Of a stretch of 64,000 nucleotides of DNA, positions 37,316 through 47,289 are shown in pieces (within the stretch, counting starts at the first letter, position 1; the number at the start of each line of letters is the position of its first letter). Under the pieces are notes generated by a model, which ran no database searches, was not told the origin of the DNA, and saw nothing but the letters and a program-made list of their open reading frames with translations. Both the position numbers and the translations under genes were made by a program. Location of the stretch: assembly GCA_963593735.1 (NCBI GenBank), contig CAVBBF010000001.1, forward strand, positions 9,569-73,568. The letters are read 5' to 3'. This DNA is from Phascolarctobacterium succinatutens (GTDB lineage Bacteria; Bacillota; Clostridia; Christensenellales; CAG-917).

Positions 37316-38036
37316 ACAGTCCGGCGGTGATGGACAAGATAGAGCCTACACAATACCCGCTCTCCGCCAAATAAAGTATCGCTTTGGCGATTTCGGTGGG
37401 GGTTGCGAGTCTGCCGAGAGGTATGCTGTCGCGGCAGAGTTCCTCTTTTTCGAGAGAGGTGTAGACGGACATCATATCGGTGTCGACTGCGCCGGGTGCG
37501 ACGGCGTTGACGAGAACGCCCATTGGAGCAACCTCTTTGGCGAGGGCTTTGGTGAAGCCGATGATGGCGGCTTTTGAGGCAGAATAGGCGACTTCCATAC
37601 TTGCTCCCTTCTCGCCCCAGACGGACGACAGATTGACGATCGAGCCTTGTCTGCGAAAAAGCATATCGGGGAGAACGGCTTTTGTGACGTTGAACGTGCC
37701 GTTGACGTTGATGTCGAATATGCGCTTGAAGTCGTCAAGCGACGTATCTATCAAAAGTCCGCTCTTTGCGATACCTGCGTTGTTGACGAGAATATCGATT
37801 TTGCCAAAACGTTTTTTTACGGTTTCGACGGCGTTTGCGACGCTGTCGGGATTTGTAACGTCGCACTCGATTGCGAGCACGCCGCCAAAACGAGAATCAA
37901 GCGCATTCTGCAAAGAAAGCGCTTTCTCCTTTGAGGAATTGTAGGTGAAAGCGACGTTGTAATTTCCCGCCGCCAAGCGTACGACCGCTTCGCCTATTCC
38001 CCGACTTCCACCCGTAATAAAAATGGTTTTGGTCAT
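37314..38036 (-). CDS. SDR family oxidoreductase (3-oxoacyl-ACP reductase FabG-like)
   Basis: TGGSRGIG cofactor motif, NNAG, catalytic YSASKAA. 240 aa. Confidence 0.85.
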   Translation of the reverse strand: MTKTIFITGGSRGIGEAVVRLAAGNYNVAFTYNSSKEKALSLQNALDSRFGGVLAIECDVTNPDSVANAVETVKKRFGKIDILVNNAGIAKSGLLIDTSLDDFKRIFDINVNGTFNVTKAVLPDMLFRRQGSIVNLSSVWGEKGASMEVAYSASKAAIIGFTKALAKEVAPMGVLVNAVAPGAVDTDMMSVYTSLEKEELCRDSIPLGRLATPTEIAKAILYLAESGYCVGSILSITAGL

Positions 38037-38070
38037 TGATTTGTTGTTGGATGACGCTTAATTCGCAGAA

Positions 38071-39456
38071 TTAAGCGTCTTTCTCGTCGAGTCTGTCGGT
38101 CGGACAACCGATATAAGTGCTTTCGGCGTCCTCTGCGTCCTTGTCGAAAGTCGAAAGGTTGATTGTATGCAGATAGTTGTCGTCGTCGCTTGCAAAGAAG
38201 TAGAAGTCATCGCCGACGAAATCGAGAACGAGCCAGTCGGTTTTGATGCCTTCGGACATCACGACGGTTGCGGTTGCGTTGGCTTGCTTGTATGAAATCT
38301 TGGAAATGCTGCTTGCAGAAGAAGTTGCCGTGTAATACACGATTCCCTTAGCCTGATCTACCTTCCAGATGGTTTGAGAAGTGCTTGTCACTTGCACGGG
38401 GTTTTCGGCGTTGGTGCCGTTATACCAGCAGTAAACGCTTTGGCTGTTGTACGCAAGCGCGCCTTCCTCGTAGCCGAGCGGAACGAGAGTTGTGGAAGCG
38501 ATGGTGTTGAGTTTCTTTTCGCTATCCTTGACGTTGCTCGCCTTTGCGACAAACAAACCGTCGGACACGCTCGAACTGTTGAGCGTATGGGATTTGGTGT
38601 AGTACAAAGAGCAATCGCCGTCCGATTCGACATACATATTGACGAGGCTGAATTTGAACACGTCAAGTTGGTTGTTGAGGGGATCGTCGGTGAACGTGTT
38701 TTGCGTTGCGAGGGTCTTTTGGTTGCTTCCGTCGGCGTTGATAGAGCAGAGATTGTTGTAGTTTTTGTAACTATCCTCGCTCGGCGCGCTTTGGACGTAG
38801 AAAATCGTGTCGGAATCGTAGGACCAGACGACGTTTTCGACGTTTTCGACGAGAGTGCCTTTGACTGCGCCCTTACCTTTGTCGGTCACTTTGTCGTTCA
38901 TACCCGAGAAGTCGATATAACTGACGGTGCTGTTGAGATAATAAAGCACGCGTGATTTTGTGAAGATATATTTGGACGAGCGCGACGCGATGGTGCCGAT
39001 GAGTTGGGTCACCGAACCGTCGGTTTTGGTGCGCATAAAGTCGGTGTTGGTGGTTGAAGCCGTGCCGCTCTTGTCCTTGTCGGTGTTGACGGACGTATAG
39101 TAAATCCACTCGCCGTAAACAGCGATACCGCCTGCGGTGGAGGAATTGTACACGCTCTTTGGAACGACGAGTTTTGCCGATTCGGGATCGACTTTGCCGT
39201 CCTTGACTTCGGCGCGCACAATACCTTGTTTTGTAGCCGCGCCCCATGCATTGTCCGCGCTTTCGCCGACGTAGCCGTTGATGAAGTAGACAAAGTTGCC
39301 TTGTTTGACGACGTAACCGCCGTTTGATTCGGCAGGTGCGGAAGAATCGCCGCTGCCGATAGAGTCCGCTTTGTACGGATTGCAAGCAACGAGTGCCGCT
39401 ATGCAAAGCACAAGCACCAAAACTGCCGCAAATACGCTAAAAAGTTTCTTTTTCAT
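38071..39456 (-). CDS. Hypothetical lipoprotein (possible beta-propeller, DUF5050-like)
   Basis: Lipobox LCIAALVACNP. Repeated YY/FY-containing strands (VYFINGY, WIYYTS, VLYYLN, IFYVQS, VYCWYNG, IVYYTA). Confidence 0.6.
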   Translation of the reverse strand: MKKKLFSVFAAVLVLVLCIAALVACNPYKADSIGSGDSSAPAESNGGYVVKQGNFVYFINGYVGESADNAWGAATKQGIVRAEVKDGKVDPESAKLVVPKSVYNSSTAGGIAVYGEWIYYTSVNTDKDKSGTASTTNTDFMRTKTDGSVTQLIGTIASRSSKYIFTKSRVLYYLNSTVSYIDFSGMNDKVTDKGKGAVKGTLVENVENVVWSYDSDTIFYVQSAPSEDSYKNYNNLCSINADGSNQKTLATQNTFTDDPLNNQLDVFKFSLVNMYVESDGDCSLYYTKSHTLNSSSVSDGLFVAKASNVKDSEKKLNTIASTTLVPLGYEEGALAYNSQSVYCWYNGTNAENPVQVTSTSQTIWKVDQAKGIVYYTATSSASSISKISYKQANATATVVMSEGIKTDWLVLDFVGDDFYFFASDDDNYLHTINLSTFDKDAEDAESTYIGCPTDRLDEKDA

Positions 39457-39493
39457 TATATTTCTCCTGGGGATACGAGTCCCTTTTGATGTC

Positions 39494-41254
39494 TTATTTG
39501 TTTTCTTCTTTGGGCAAATCGATTTTGATATGCACTTCTTTGAGTTGCTTCTCGGTGACCGTTCCGGGTGCGCCCATAAGGATGTCGCGCGCGTTTCTGT
39601 CCATCGGGAAGGTGATGATTTCTCTTATGCTCGGCTCGTTTGCAAGAAGCATAACGATACGGTCTACGCCCGGTGCGATGCCTGCGTGCGGCGGCGCGCC
39701 GAACTTGAATGCGTTGTAAAGAGCGGAGAATTTCTCCTCGATGACATCTTTGCCGTAGCCGACGATTTCAAACGCTCTTTCCATGATTGCGGGTTCGTGA
39801 TTTCTGACCGCTCCCGAACTCAATTCCACGCCGTTGACAACGCTGTCGTACTGATACGCCACGATGTCGAGCGGATCTTTGGTGTTGAGTGCTTCGAGAC
39901 CGCCTTGCGGCATAGAAAACGGATTGTGGCAGAATCCGAGAACTCCGTCATCGTCGTATTCGTACATCGGGAAGTCCACAATCCAGCAGAAGCGGAAAGC
40001 GTTTTTCTCGATAAGGTCGAGCCCGTTGCCGAGTTCGGTGCGAACGTAACCCGCTTGCTTTTCCACGCCCTTTTCCTCTGCGAGGATTGCGACGAACGAG
40101 CCTGTCGTAAGACCGAGTCTTTCAACGAGTGCGTCTTTGCTCTCACCGACGAATTTTGCGATACCGCCTGCAAGTTCGCCCTTCTCGTCGAGTTTGAACC
40201 AGTACATATTGCTTGCGCCGTTTTGTTTGGATTTTTCAACGAGAGCGTCAATCCACTTTCTCGTTTCCTTGAAATCGGGTACGGCGATTGCTTTTATCGT
40301 CTTGCCTTTCTCGAAGAAAGGCGCTTTTTCGCAAAGAATGTCGGTGACGTCCTTGATTATGAGCGGATTGCGAAGGTCGGGTTTGTCCGAGCCGTAATCT
40401 CTCATTGCGTCGCGGTAAGTGATGCGACGGAACGGACCTTGGTCGACTTTGTATCCTTCGGGCGAAAACTCTTTGAACACGCCGCTCAAAACTTCTTCCA
40501 TAACCGCGAATACGTCCTCTTGCGTTGCAAAGCACATCTCGGTGTCGAGTTGATAGAATTCGCCGGGGCTTCTGTCCGCGCGCGCGTCTTCGTCTCTGAA
40601 ACAGGGCGCGATTTGGAAGTATTTGTCAAAGCCCGAAGCCATAAGCAACTGCTTGTATTGTTGCGGCGCTTGCGGAAGCGCATAGAAGTGACCGGGGTAT
40701 AATCTCGACGGCACGATGTAGTCGCGCGCGCCTTCGGGCGAGGACGACGTAAGAATCGGCGTTGCGATTTCCAAGAATCCGAGAGAGGTCATCTTGTTGC
40801 GAAGCCAACTGACAACTTTCGAGCGGAAAACGATTTTCGCCTTAACGTCGGGATTTCTCAAATCGAGGAAACGATATTTGAGGCGGACGTCCTCTCTCGA
40901 TTGCGTGCTTGTCGCGATCTCGAAAGGAAGTTGCTCGTAACATCTGCCGAGCACCTCGATCGTATCGGGCTCGATTTCGATCATACCGGTGGGCATTTCC
41001 TTGTTGGGCGCGCTGCGAAGGACGACTTTGCCCTCAACGCTTATCGTGCTTTCGCGCGGAATTGCACGTATTTGCTCCTTTTTCGCCTCGTCGCTCACAA
41101 CCGCTTGCGTATAGCCGTAGTAGTCGCGCAACACGAAAAAGATGACTGCGCCAAGGTCGCGAACGCTTGAAAGCCATCCGCAAAGTTTGACGTGTTTGCC
41201 TTCGTCTGATTGACGCAATTCGCCACAATTATGTGTTCTGAGTTCCATATACAC
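39494..41254 (-). CDS. aspS: Aspartate--tRNA ligase
   Basis: 586 aa. Class II motif 2 CFRDEDARADRSPGEFYQLD and motif 3 PHAGIAPGVDRIVML. Confidence 0.95.
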   Translation of the reverse strand: MYMELRTHNCGELRQSDEGKHVKLCGWLSSVRDLGAVIFFVLRDYYGYTQAVVSDEAKKEQIRAIPRESTISVEGKVVLRSAPNKEMPTGMIEIEPDTIEVLGRCYEQLPFEIATSTQSREDVRLKYRFLDLRNPDVKAKIVFRSKVVSWLRNKMTSLGFLEIATPILTSSSPEGARDYIVPSRLYPGHFYALPQAPQQYKQLLMASGFDKYFQIAPCFRDEDARADRSPGEFYQLDTEMCFATQEDVFAVMEEVLSGVFKEFSPEGYKVDQGPFRRITYRDAMRDYGSDKPDLRNPLIIKDVTDILCEKAPFFEKGKTIKAIAVPDFKETRKWIDALVEKSKQNGASNMYWFKLDEKGELAGGIAKFVGESKDALVERLGLTTGSFVAILAEEKGVEKQAGYVRTELGNGLDLIEKNAFRFCWIVDFPMYEYDDDGVLGFCHNPFSMPQGGLEALNTKDPLDIVAYQYDSVVNGVELSSGAVRNHEPAIMERAFEIVGYGKDVIEEKFSALYNAFKFGAPPHAGIAPGVDRIVMLLANEPSIREIITFPMDRNARDILMGAPGTVTEKQLKEVHIKIDLPKEENK

Positions 41255-41280
41255 CTTTCAGAATAAAGATTTCTTATTTA

Positions 41281-42291
41281 TTACAACAGGTTTATACCTG
41301 CTTGTTCGCATTTTTCGTGCATATCGTCGGGCCAAAGTCCCGATTGCACCTCGCCGATGTGTGCCTTTTGCAGCAACAGCATACACAGCCTCGACTGCCC
41401 TATTCCGCCGCCTACCGTGAGAGGAAGATTGCCCTCGACCACGTCTTTGTGGAATTGATTTTGAAGTCTCTGCTCGCAGCCTGCGATTTTGAGTTGCTTC
41501 ACCATACTCTCAGAGTCCACGCGTATGCCCATAGAGGATATTTCCAGACTGTCGTCAAGCACTTTGTCATAGAAGATTATGTCTCCGTTCAAATCCCAGT
41601 CGTCATAGTCGGGCGCACGTCCGTCGTGAGGCTTGCCGTTTGAAAGCGCGCCGCCGATTTGCAAAAGGAACAATGTTCCGTACTCCTTTGCAAGAGCGCG
41701 TTCTCTTGCGTGCGAATCGAGGTCGGGATATTTGTCGAAAGCCTCTTGCGTCGTGACGAACGCAACCTCTCTTTTGAGGTCGAGATCGATGCACGGATAC
41801 GCCTTTTTCGTTTCGTCAAGGGTGTCGCAAATCGCCCCTACAAGCCTTCTGACTATCATTTTGAGGAAGTCGAGGTTGCGCTGTTCTTTGCTTATCACCA
41901 TTTCCCAATCCCATTGATCGACGTATATCGAGTGTTGGTTGTCGCACTTGTCGTCGCGGCGGATGGCGTTCATATCCGTATAGATACCCTCGCCGCTTCT
42001 GAATCCGTAACGCTTGAGCGCGGCACGTTTCCATTTTGCCAGCGAGTGTACGATTTCCGCCTCAACGCCGCCTTGCTCCTTCACGTCGAAGCGCACGGCA
42101 CGTTCAACTCCGTTGAGATCGTCGTTCATGCCCGTTCCGCTCTTTACGAAAAGCGGCGCGGACACCCTTTCAAATCCAAAGTTTTTTATCAAATTACGCT
42201 GAAAGGAATCTTTCACGAATTTGATTGCTTTTTCTGTTTCGCGGATGGTCATTTTCGGCTTATAGTCGCTCGGGATAACTAAATTTTCCAT
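41281..42291 (-). CDS. asnA: Aspartate--ammonia ligase (asparagine synthetase A)
   Basis: VHSLAKWKR, SIYVDQWDWE and GGGIGQSRLCMLLL match AsnA. ATG at 42291 (MENLVIPSDY) has a GGAGA RBS. 26 nt upstream of aspS. Confidence 0.9.
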   Translation of the reverse strand: MENLVIPSDYKPKMTIRETEKAIKFVKDSFQRNLIKNFGFERVSAPLFVKSGTGMNDDLNGVERAVRFDVKEQGGVEAEIVHSLAKWKRAALKRYGFRSGEGIYTDMNAIRRDDKCDNQHSIYVDQWDWEMVISKEQRNLDFLKMIVRRLVGAICDTLDETKKAYPCIDLDLKREVAFVTTQEAFDKYPDLDSHARERALAKEYGTLFLLQIGGALSNGKPHDGRAPDYDDWDLNGDIIFYDKVLDDSLEISSMGIRVDSESMVKQLKIAGCEQRLQNQFHKDVVEGNLPLTVGGGIGQSRLCMLLLQKAHIGEVQSGLWPDDMHEKCEQAGINLL

Positions 42292-42469
42292 TTTTTCTCC
42301 TTTTCGGTTGCATCGCCTACACGGTGGCGTCAACCCTCCGTTTGAGATTTTGTTTTATTCAATTTTCCCCCGACTGTAATGATACCGCCATTTATGACAT
42401 CGTGCATTTTGCACGACTATACCAAAACTCTGTTTTGGCTTGTATATTCTTCATTGCGCCAAAGGCACT

Positions 42470-43078
42470 TTTTCTTCCGTACCTGCGGCATCGCTACCTT
42501 TCGCCACGCTTGATTCCTACGGTCACTTCGTTCCCTCTGAATGACATCGTGGGCGATTGACTTTGCCGCAACGCCGTTTGAATTCTCCTCTTGCGTGCGT
42601 AGCATGCACCCACCAAGCAGATAATTTGGCGAAACTGCGGTTTGAGTTCTTGCCCCTCTTTTTTTTGAGAGCAAAGAGGGCTTGCGCGGTTAGCGATTGC
42701 GAGAACAAGTGCGGTTTTTGACAATCGCCCCAAAAGTTCTCGTTTCTGTTTAGGGGATTCCCACGCTTGCGCTCTGAATGACGATGTGGGCGATTGACAT
42801 CACCGCAACGCCGTTTGGGTTCTCCGCTTGCGTGCAAAGCACGCTTTACCAAGCAAGCACTCGCGCGGAATTGCGGATGGATTCTTTGTCCGTCTTATTC
42901 GGGAGAGCAAAGAGGGCTTGCGCGGTTAGTAGCGCAATAAATCGAGCAAGGCTCTCGGCGAGACGCACACTTGCGTGTTGCCGTTGCCTTAGCGACGATT
43001 TTTGCGCAATCTCACTTGCGCACAGCGCAAATTTCACTGTCCGTAAGGACAATTTCACGCACGCTTGCGTGCATTTCA
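42470..43078 (+). repeat. M3 modules, tandem/mosaic block (about 2.5 units, period ~238 nt)
   Basis: CTCTGAATGAC..GTGGGCGATTGAC..GCCGCAACGCCGTTTG..CTTGCGTGC..AGCA.GC..ACCAAGCA recurs at 42533 and 42771. GAGAGCAAAGAGGGCTTGCGCGGTTAG recurs at 42668 and 42903. Confidence 0.8.
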
Positions 43079-43094
43079 CCGCATCGCAGATGCG

Positions 43095-44486
43095 TCACAC
43101 CATGAGGTCGCCTGCCGTTCGCGAATAGAGTTGCACGTCGCGAATGTTGCCTATGCCGGTGACGTACATAAGGATACGCTCGAGCCCGAGTCCGAATCCG
43201 CTGTGAGGCACCGTGCCGTACTTTCTCAAATCCATATAGCCGGTGTAATCGTCAAGATTCATACCCCTTTCGACCATAGCCTGTTTGAGTTTGTCATAAT
43301 CGGCTTCTCTCTCGCTACACCCAATGATTTCGCCAACGCCCGGCACCAAAAGGTCGGTTGCCGCAACGGTGAGTCCGTCGTCGTTTTGCTTCATATAGAA
43401 GGATTTTATCTTCTTTGGATAGTTGATGACAAAAACGGGTTTGTTGAACACCTTTTCGGTGATGTATCTCTCGTGTTCGCTTTGAAGATCGAGCCCCCAC
43501 TCGACAGGATACGCAAATTCGACTTTGCTCTCTTTGAGGATGTCGATTGCCTTCGAGTAATCGAGCACCACGAAGTCGCTGTCAACGACGTGTTGAAGTT
43601 TGTCTTTAAGACCGGGTTCAAACGCTTTTTCAAAGAATGCGATTTCGTCGGGGCATTCGTCAAGCACCGCTTTGATGATGTATTTTATCATCTTTGTTGC
43701 AATCTCGATGATGTCGGGAAGTTTTGCAAACGCAACTTCGGGTTCGACCTGCCAGAACTCCGCAGCGTGACGGGGCGTGTTGCTGTTTTCCGCTCTGAAC
43801 GTAGGTCCGAACGTGTAAATCTTGCCCATAGCCATTGCCGCGACTTCGCCTTCGAGTTGTCCGCTGACAGTGAGACCCGCTTTCCTCTTGAAGAAATCGT
43901 TTGCGATGTATTCCGCCTCGTCCTTTGCGAGTTTTGCGTCGTTGTAGTTTTGAGTGGTCACCCTGAAAATCTCGCCTGCGCCCTCGCAGTCGCTGCCCGT
44001 GATAATCGGGGTGTGAACGTAGGTGTAGCCGTTTTCTTGGAAGAAACGATGGATTGCGAAACTAAGTTTGGAGCGCACGCGAAGCATTGCGTTCATAGTG
44101 TTTGTCCTCGGACGCAAATGCGGAATGGTACGCAAAAACTCCATCGTGTGATACTTCTTTTGAAGGGGATAATCTTGAGGACAATCGCCCAAAAGTTCCA
44201 CTCTTTCGGCGTTAATTTCAAATTCGCCTTCTTTCATAGCGGCAACAACTTCGCCGTCGCATACGACGGACGCGCCGTTTTTCATAACCGCGGAAAGCGC
44301 GTTTTGGTCAAATTTCGTTTTGTCTATAACAATTTGCAAATGTTTAAGCGACGTGCCGTCGTTGAGTGCCAAAAACGCCATGGTTTTGCTGTCGCGCGCA
44401 GAGCGAACCCAGCCCGCCACCGTGACGCGCTTGCCTTGATACGCCGCGCCGTTTTTCAAAATTTCGGAAATGTCTATGTTCTGCAT
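43095..44486 (-). CDS. asnS: Asparagine--tRNA ligase
   Basis: 463 aa. FRAENSNTPRHAAEFWQVEPE and GFGLGLERILMYVTG. Confidence 0.95.
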   Translation of the reverse strand: MQNIDISEILKNGAAYQGKRVTVAGWVRSARDSKTMAFLALNDGTSLKHLQIVIDKTKFDQNALSAVMKNGASVVCDGEVVAAMKEGEFEINAERVELLGDCPQDYPLQKKYHTMEFLRTIPHLRPRTNTMNAMLRVRSKLSFAIHRFFQENGYTYVHTPIITGSDCEGAGEIFRVTTQNYNDAKLAKDEAEYIANDFFKRKAGLTVSGQLEGEVAAMAMGKIYTFGPTFRAENSNTPRHAAEFWQVEPEVAFAKLPDIIEIATKMIKYIIKAVLDECPDEIAFFEKAFEPGLKDKLQHVVDSDFVVLDYSKAIDILKESKVEFAYPVEWGLDLQSEHERYITEKVFNKPVFVINYPKKIKSFYMKQNDDGLTVAATDLLVPGVGEIIGCSEREADYDKLKQAMVERGMNLDDYTGYMDLRKYGTVPHSGFGLGLERILMYVTGIGNIRDVQLYSRTAGDLMV

Positions 44487-44607
44487 AAGTTACCTCATTA
44501 TGTTAAATAATTATATAAGTCAAAAACTTATTTGTAAAGTAAAATTTGCGCGTTTGTGCGCGCGCAAGGTCAAAAGCGCGATTTTTAGCAATCCGCGCAA
44601 CCCTCGA

Positions 44608-44636
44608 TTGACTGTTTGAGACAAGCGTTATATAAT
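44608..44636 (+). promoter_or_regulatory. Putative trxB promoter
   Basis: TTGACT, 17 nt, TATAAT, 18 nt upstream of ATG 44655, with a GAGGTG RBS in between. Confidence 0.7.
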
Positions 44637-44654
44637 ACTTTTTGAGGTGAAACT

Positions 44655-45554
44655 ATGTACGACGCAATCATAATCGGAGCAGGTCCGGCAGGACTTTCGG
44701 CAGGAATATACGCCCGTCGCGGCGGACTTAAAACCGTTATAATCGAAAAGCAAAGCGTGGGCGGACAAGCGCAGAATGCCGCAGACATTCAAAACTACCC
44801 CGGCATTCCCTCGACGAGCGGATTCGACCTTTGCTATGCGATGATGAATCAATGCGCGACTTTCGGCGCGGATTTCGTTTTTGATACGATTTCGCAAATA
44901 AAACTTGACGGCGAAGTCAAAAAAGTCATGCTGTCAAGCGGCGAGGAAATCGAGGGCAAAACCGTGATTATCGCAAGCGGCGCGAGCGCAAGAAAACTCG
45001 GCGTTGAAAACGAAAACGAATTTATCGGAAAAGGCATAAGTTATTGCGCAACTTGCGACGGCGCGTTTTTCAAGGGCAAAACGGTTGCCGTGATAGGCGG
45101 CGGAAACACGGCGGCGGAAGATTCGCTCTACCTTGAAAAACTTGCAAAAAAGGTGTATCTCGTGCATCGGCGCGACGCGCTTCGCGCAGACAAAATCCTT
45201 TGCGACAGACTTGAAAAAAGCGGCGTTTCCATAATTTGGGACAGCGTTGTCGAAAGTTTGTCCGGCGAAGGTAAAATCGCACAAGTGACGCTTAAAAACG
45301 TCAAAAACGGCACTTTAACACCGCTTTCTGTTGAAGGCGTGTTTATCGCAATCGGCGAGATTCCCAACTCGCAACTATTTGAAAACGTCAAAAAAACGCC
45401 TTCGGGATATATCGTCACAAACGACGTTATGCGCACAAATATAGACGGAGTATACGCCGTCGGCGACGTAAGAGAAAAATCGCTTCGCCAAGTCGTCACG
45501 GCATGTGCGGACGGCGCAATCGCCGCAGACGACATAATAAAATCATTGGATTAA
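44655..45554 (+). CDS. trxB: Thioredoxin-disulfide reductase
   Basis: IIGAGPAGLSAGIY, redox-active CATCDG, second dinucleotide fold VIGGGNTAAED. 299 aa. Confidence 0.9.
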   Translation: MYDAIIIGAGPAGLSAGIYARRGGLKTVIIEKQSVGGQAQNAADIQNYPGIPSTSGFDLCYAMMNQCATFGADFVFDTISQIKLDGEVKKVMLSSGEEIEGKTVIIASGASARKLGVENENEFIGKGISYCATCDGAFFKGKTVAVIGGGNTAAEDSLYLEKLAKKVYLVHRRDALRADKILCDRLEKSGVSIIWDSVVESLSGEGKIAQVTLKNVKNGTLTPLSVEGVFIAIGEIPNSQLFENVKKTPSGYIVTNDVMRTNIDGVYAVGDVREKSLRQVVTACADGAIAADDIIKSLD

Positions 45555-45617
45555 CGTTATTATAACATCGCTTTTTTCCAAAAAAAGATGAGTTTTTTGC
45601 TTGAAACAGCACGTTTC

Positions 45618-45642
45618 GGATGTCGAAAAGACATCCTTTTTT
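45618..45642 (+). terminator. trxB terminator
   Basis: GGATGTC gaaaa GACATCC followed by T6. Confidence 0.8.
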
Positions 45643-45777
45643 ATGACTGGCGTTGGAGTTTTATTGCGGTTTTTTTGCAGTATTTGCAACTTTTTATAGC
45701 AATTATTTGCCAAAAAAACCGCTTTTTTTATCTTTTATTCTTATCCGTAGCGAAAGCGTTTTCATATACTGAATACT

Positions 45778-47130
45778 ATGCAATACTTTGGTACGGACGG
45801 CATAAGACAAAAGGCCGATTTTCTTTTAAGCAATCAGATTCCTTTCCTTTTGGGGAAAGCGCTTTCTCAATCGGGAGCGAAAGTCATCGTCGCGCGCGAC
45901 GTAAGGCAGCACTCGAAAGACATCGAAAAACAGTTGTGCAAAGGCTTGCTCGAAGGCACTGCGCAAATTTGGCTTGCAGGCGTTTTGCCAACCCCTGCTC
46001 TCGCCTACACCGCTCAAACTCAAAAAGCGGATTATGCGGTTATGATAACCGCATCGCACAACGCCCCCGAATTTAACGGACTTAAAGTGTTCGGAAAGAA
46101 CGGACGGAAACTGTCAAAAGAGGAAGAACTTGCGCTTGACGACAAACTTTGCCAAATAAGGGATAATCCCACTCCGCCCGTATCGCTCGTGGACGTATGC
46201 GCCGACGCATTGACGGAAGACGAGCAGTTGAGCGAATTGCACATCACGATTTCACAGCAAAATCATAGGATAAGAATCGTCGACGGCGCAGAATTTTTGT
46301 ACGCGAAACACGTCAAATCTATGTTTCCTCGCTTCGACGGCGTAAAGGTGCGCCTCGATTGCGCATACGGTTGCTTTGCAACGCTCGCTCCCGCAATATT
46401 TTTGTCGCTCGGCGCAGTCGTTTGCGCCGAAAATAACGTCCGCGACGGCGAAAAAGTCAATGTCGATTGCGGCTCGACTCATATTGCGAAATTTGCGCAA
46501 AGAGTGGAAAAGGGCGAAATAGGTTTTGCCTTCGACGGCGACGGAGACAGAGTTATTGCGGTTGTGGGCGGCAAGGTTTACGACGGCGACGCTATGCTTC
46601 TTGCCTTGTCCACCCTCTACCGCTTGCAAGGAAAACTCAAAAAACGCTTTATCGTCGGCACGGTTTTGTCGAACACGAAACTCCAACGCGAACTTGCATA
46701 TCAAAACATCGCGCTCATTCGCACGGACGTCGGCGACAAGAATGTTCTTGACGCACTCAAAGCAAACGGGTGCCTTTTGGGCGGCGAAAAGAGCGGACAT
46801 ATAATTATGCTCGACAGAACCAACACAGGCGACGGACTTGTCACTGCCCTCACCCTGCTCGAAGTGAAACGCACCGTCGGAGGCCTGCCGAAGTTTACGC
46901 CCTATCCTATGCTCGAACTTAACGTCAAAACCGACACCCCGAAAGAAACGCTCGCAAGCGACGAGTTCCAAGAAAAGATAGCCGAAGCAAACGCAATGTA
47001 TTCAAAATCGGGCAGATTGATAGTCCGCCCCAGCGGCACAGAACCCTACATCCGTATAACTTACGAATGTTTTTCGTCCTCGCCCCACGCCATCTTCACC
47101 GGCATAAAACAGATTTTCGATAATGTTTAG
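45778..47130 (+). CDS. glmM: Phosphoglucosamine mutase / phosphohexomutase family
   Basis: FGTDGIR start, phosphoserine loop TASHNAPEFNGLKVF, Mg site FDGDGDR, GGEKSGH. 450 aa. Confidence 0.75.
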   Translation: MQYFGTDGIRQKADFLLSNQIPFLLGKALSQSGAKVIVARDVRQHSKDIEKQLCKGLLEGTAQIWLAGVLPTPALAYTAQTQKADYAVMITASHNAPEFNGLKVFGKNGRKLSKEEELALDDKLCQIRDNPTPPVSLVDVCADALTEDEQLSELHITISQQNHRIRIVDGAEFLYAKHVKSMFPRFDGVKVRLDCAYGCFATLAPAIFLSLGAVVCAENNVRDGEKVNVDCGSTHIAKFAQRVEKGEIGFAFDGDGDRVIAVVGGKVYDGDAMLLALSTLYRLQGKLKKRFIVGTVLSNTKLQRELAYQNIALIRTDVGDKNVLDALKANGCLLGGEKSGHIIMLDRTNTGDGLVTALTLLEVKRTVGGLPKFTPYPMLELNVKTDTPKETLASDEFQEKIAEANAMYSKSGRLIVRPSGTEPYIRITYECFSSSPHAIFTGIKQIFDNV

Positions 47131-47289
47131 CGGATATTTACTTTTCGCCTATTCAAGGTGTACTTATAAAACGGAATGTGCCTATTCGCAGACGAGATGA
47201 AAACCGCCGTCCGCTCTCCTTGCAAAGCGGACTTCTAACGAACACTCATTCGAAGCGTACTTATACACGGAATGTGCTTATTCGTAGAT

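Noticed and set aside
42760-42800. A hammerhead-like core in the conserved M3 loop CTCTGAATGACG.
   Set aside because: CUGAAUGA has an extra nucleotide relative to CUGANGA. The required GAAA and three-helix junction are not evident around it.
43065-44510. Long antisense ORFs in the track, opposite real genes. Examples are 43065-44510, 39371-40702, 32368-33717, 20427-21191, 16496-17731, 5861-7615, 57616-58803 and 48205-49179.
   Set aside because: Each lies entirely within, and antisense to, a gene with clear family motifs. Their products are low-complexity Arg/Val/Phe-rich sequences without recognisable motifs or RBSs. They are shadow ORFs.
45588-46076. A 162 aa ORF spanning the trxB-glmM spacer.
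   Set aside because: It overlaps the trxB terminator and the glmM start in another frame. It has no RBS, and its product is not protein-like.
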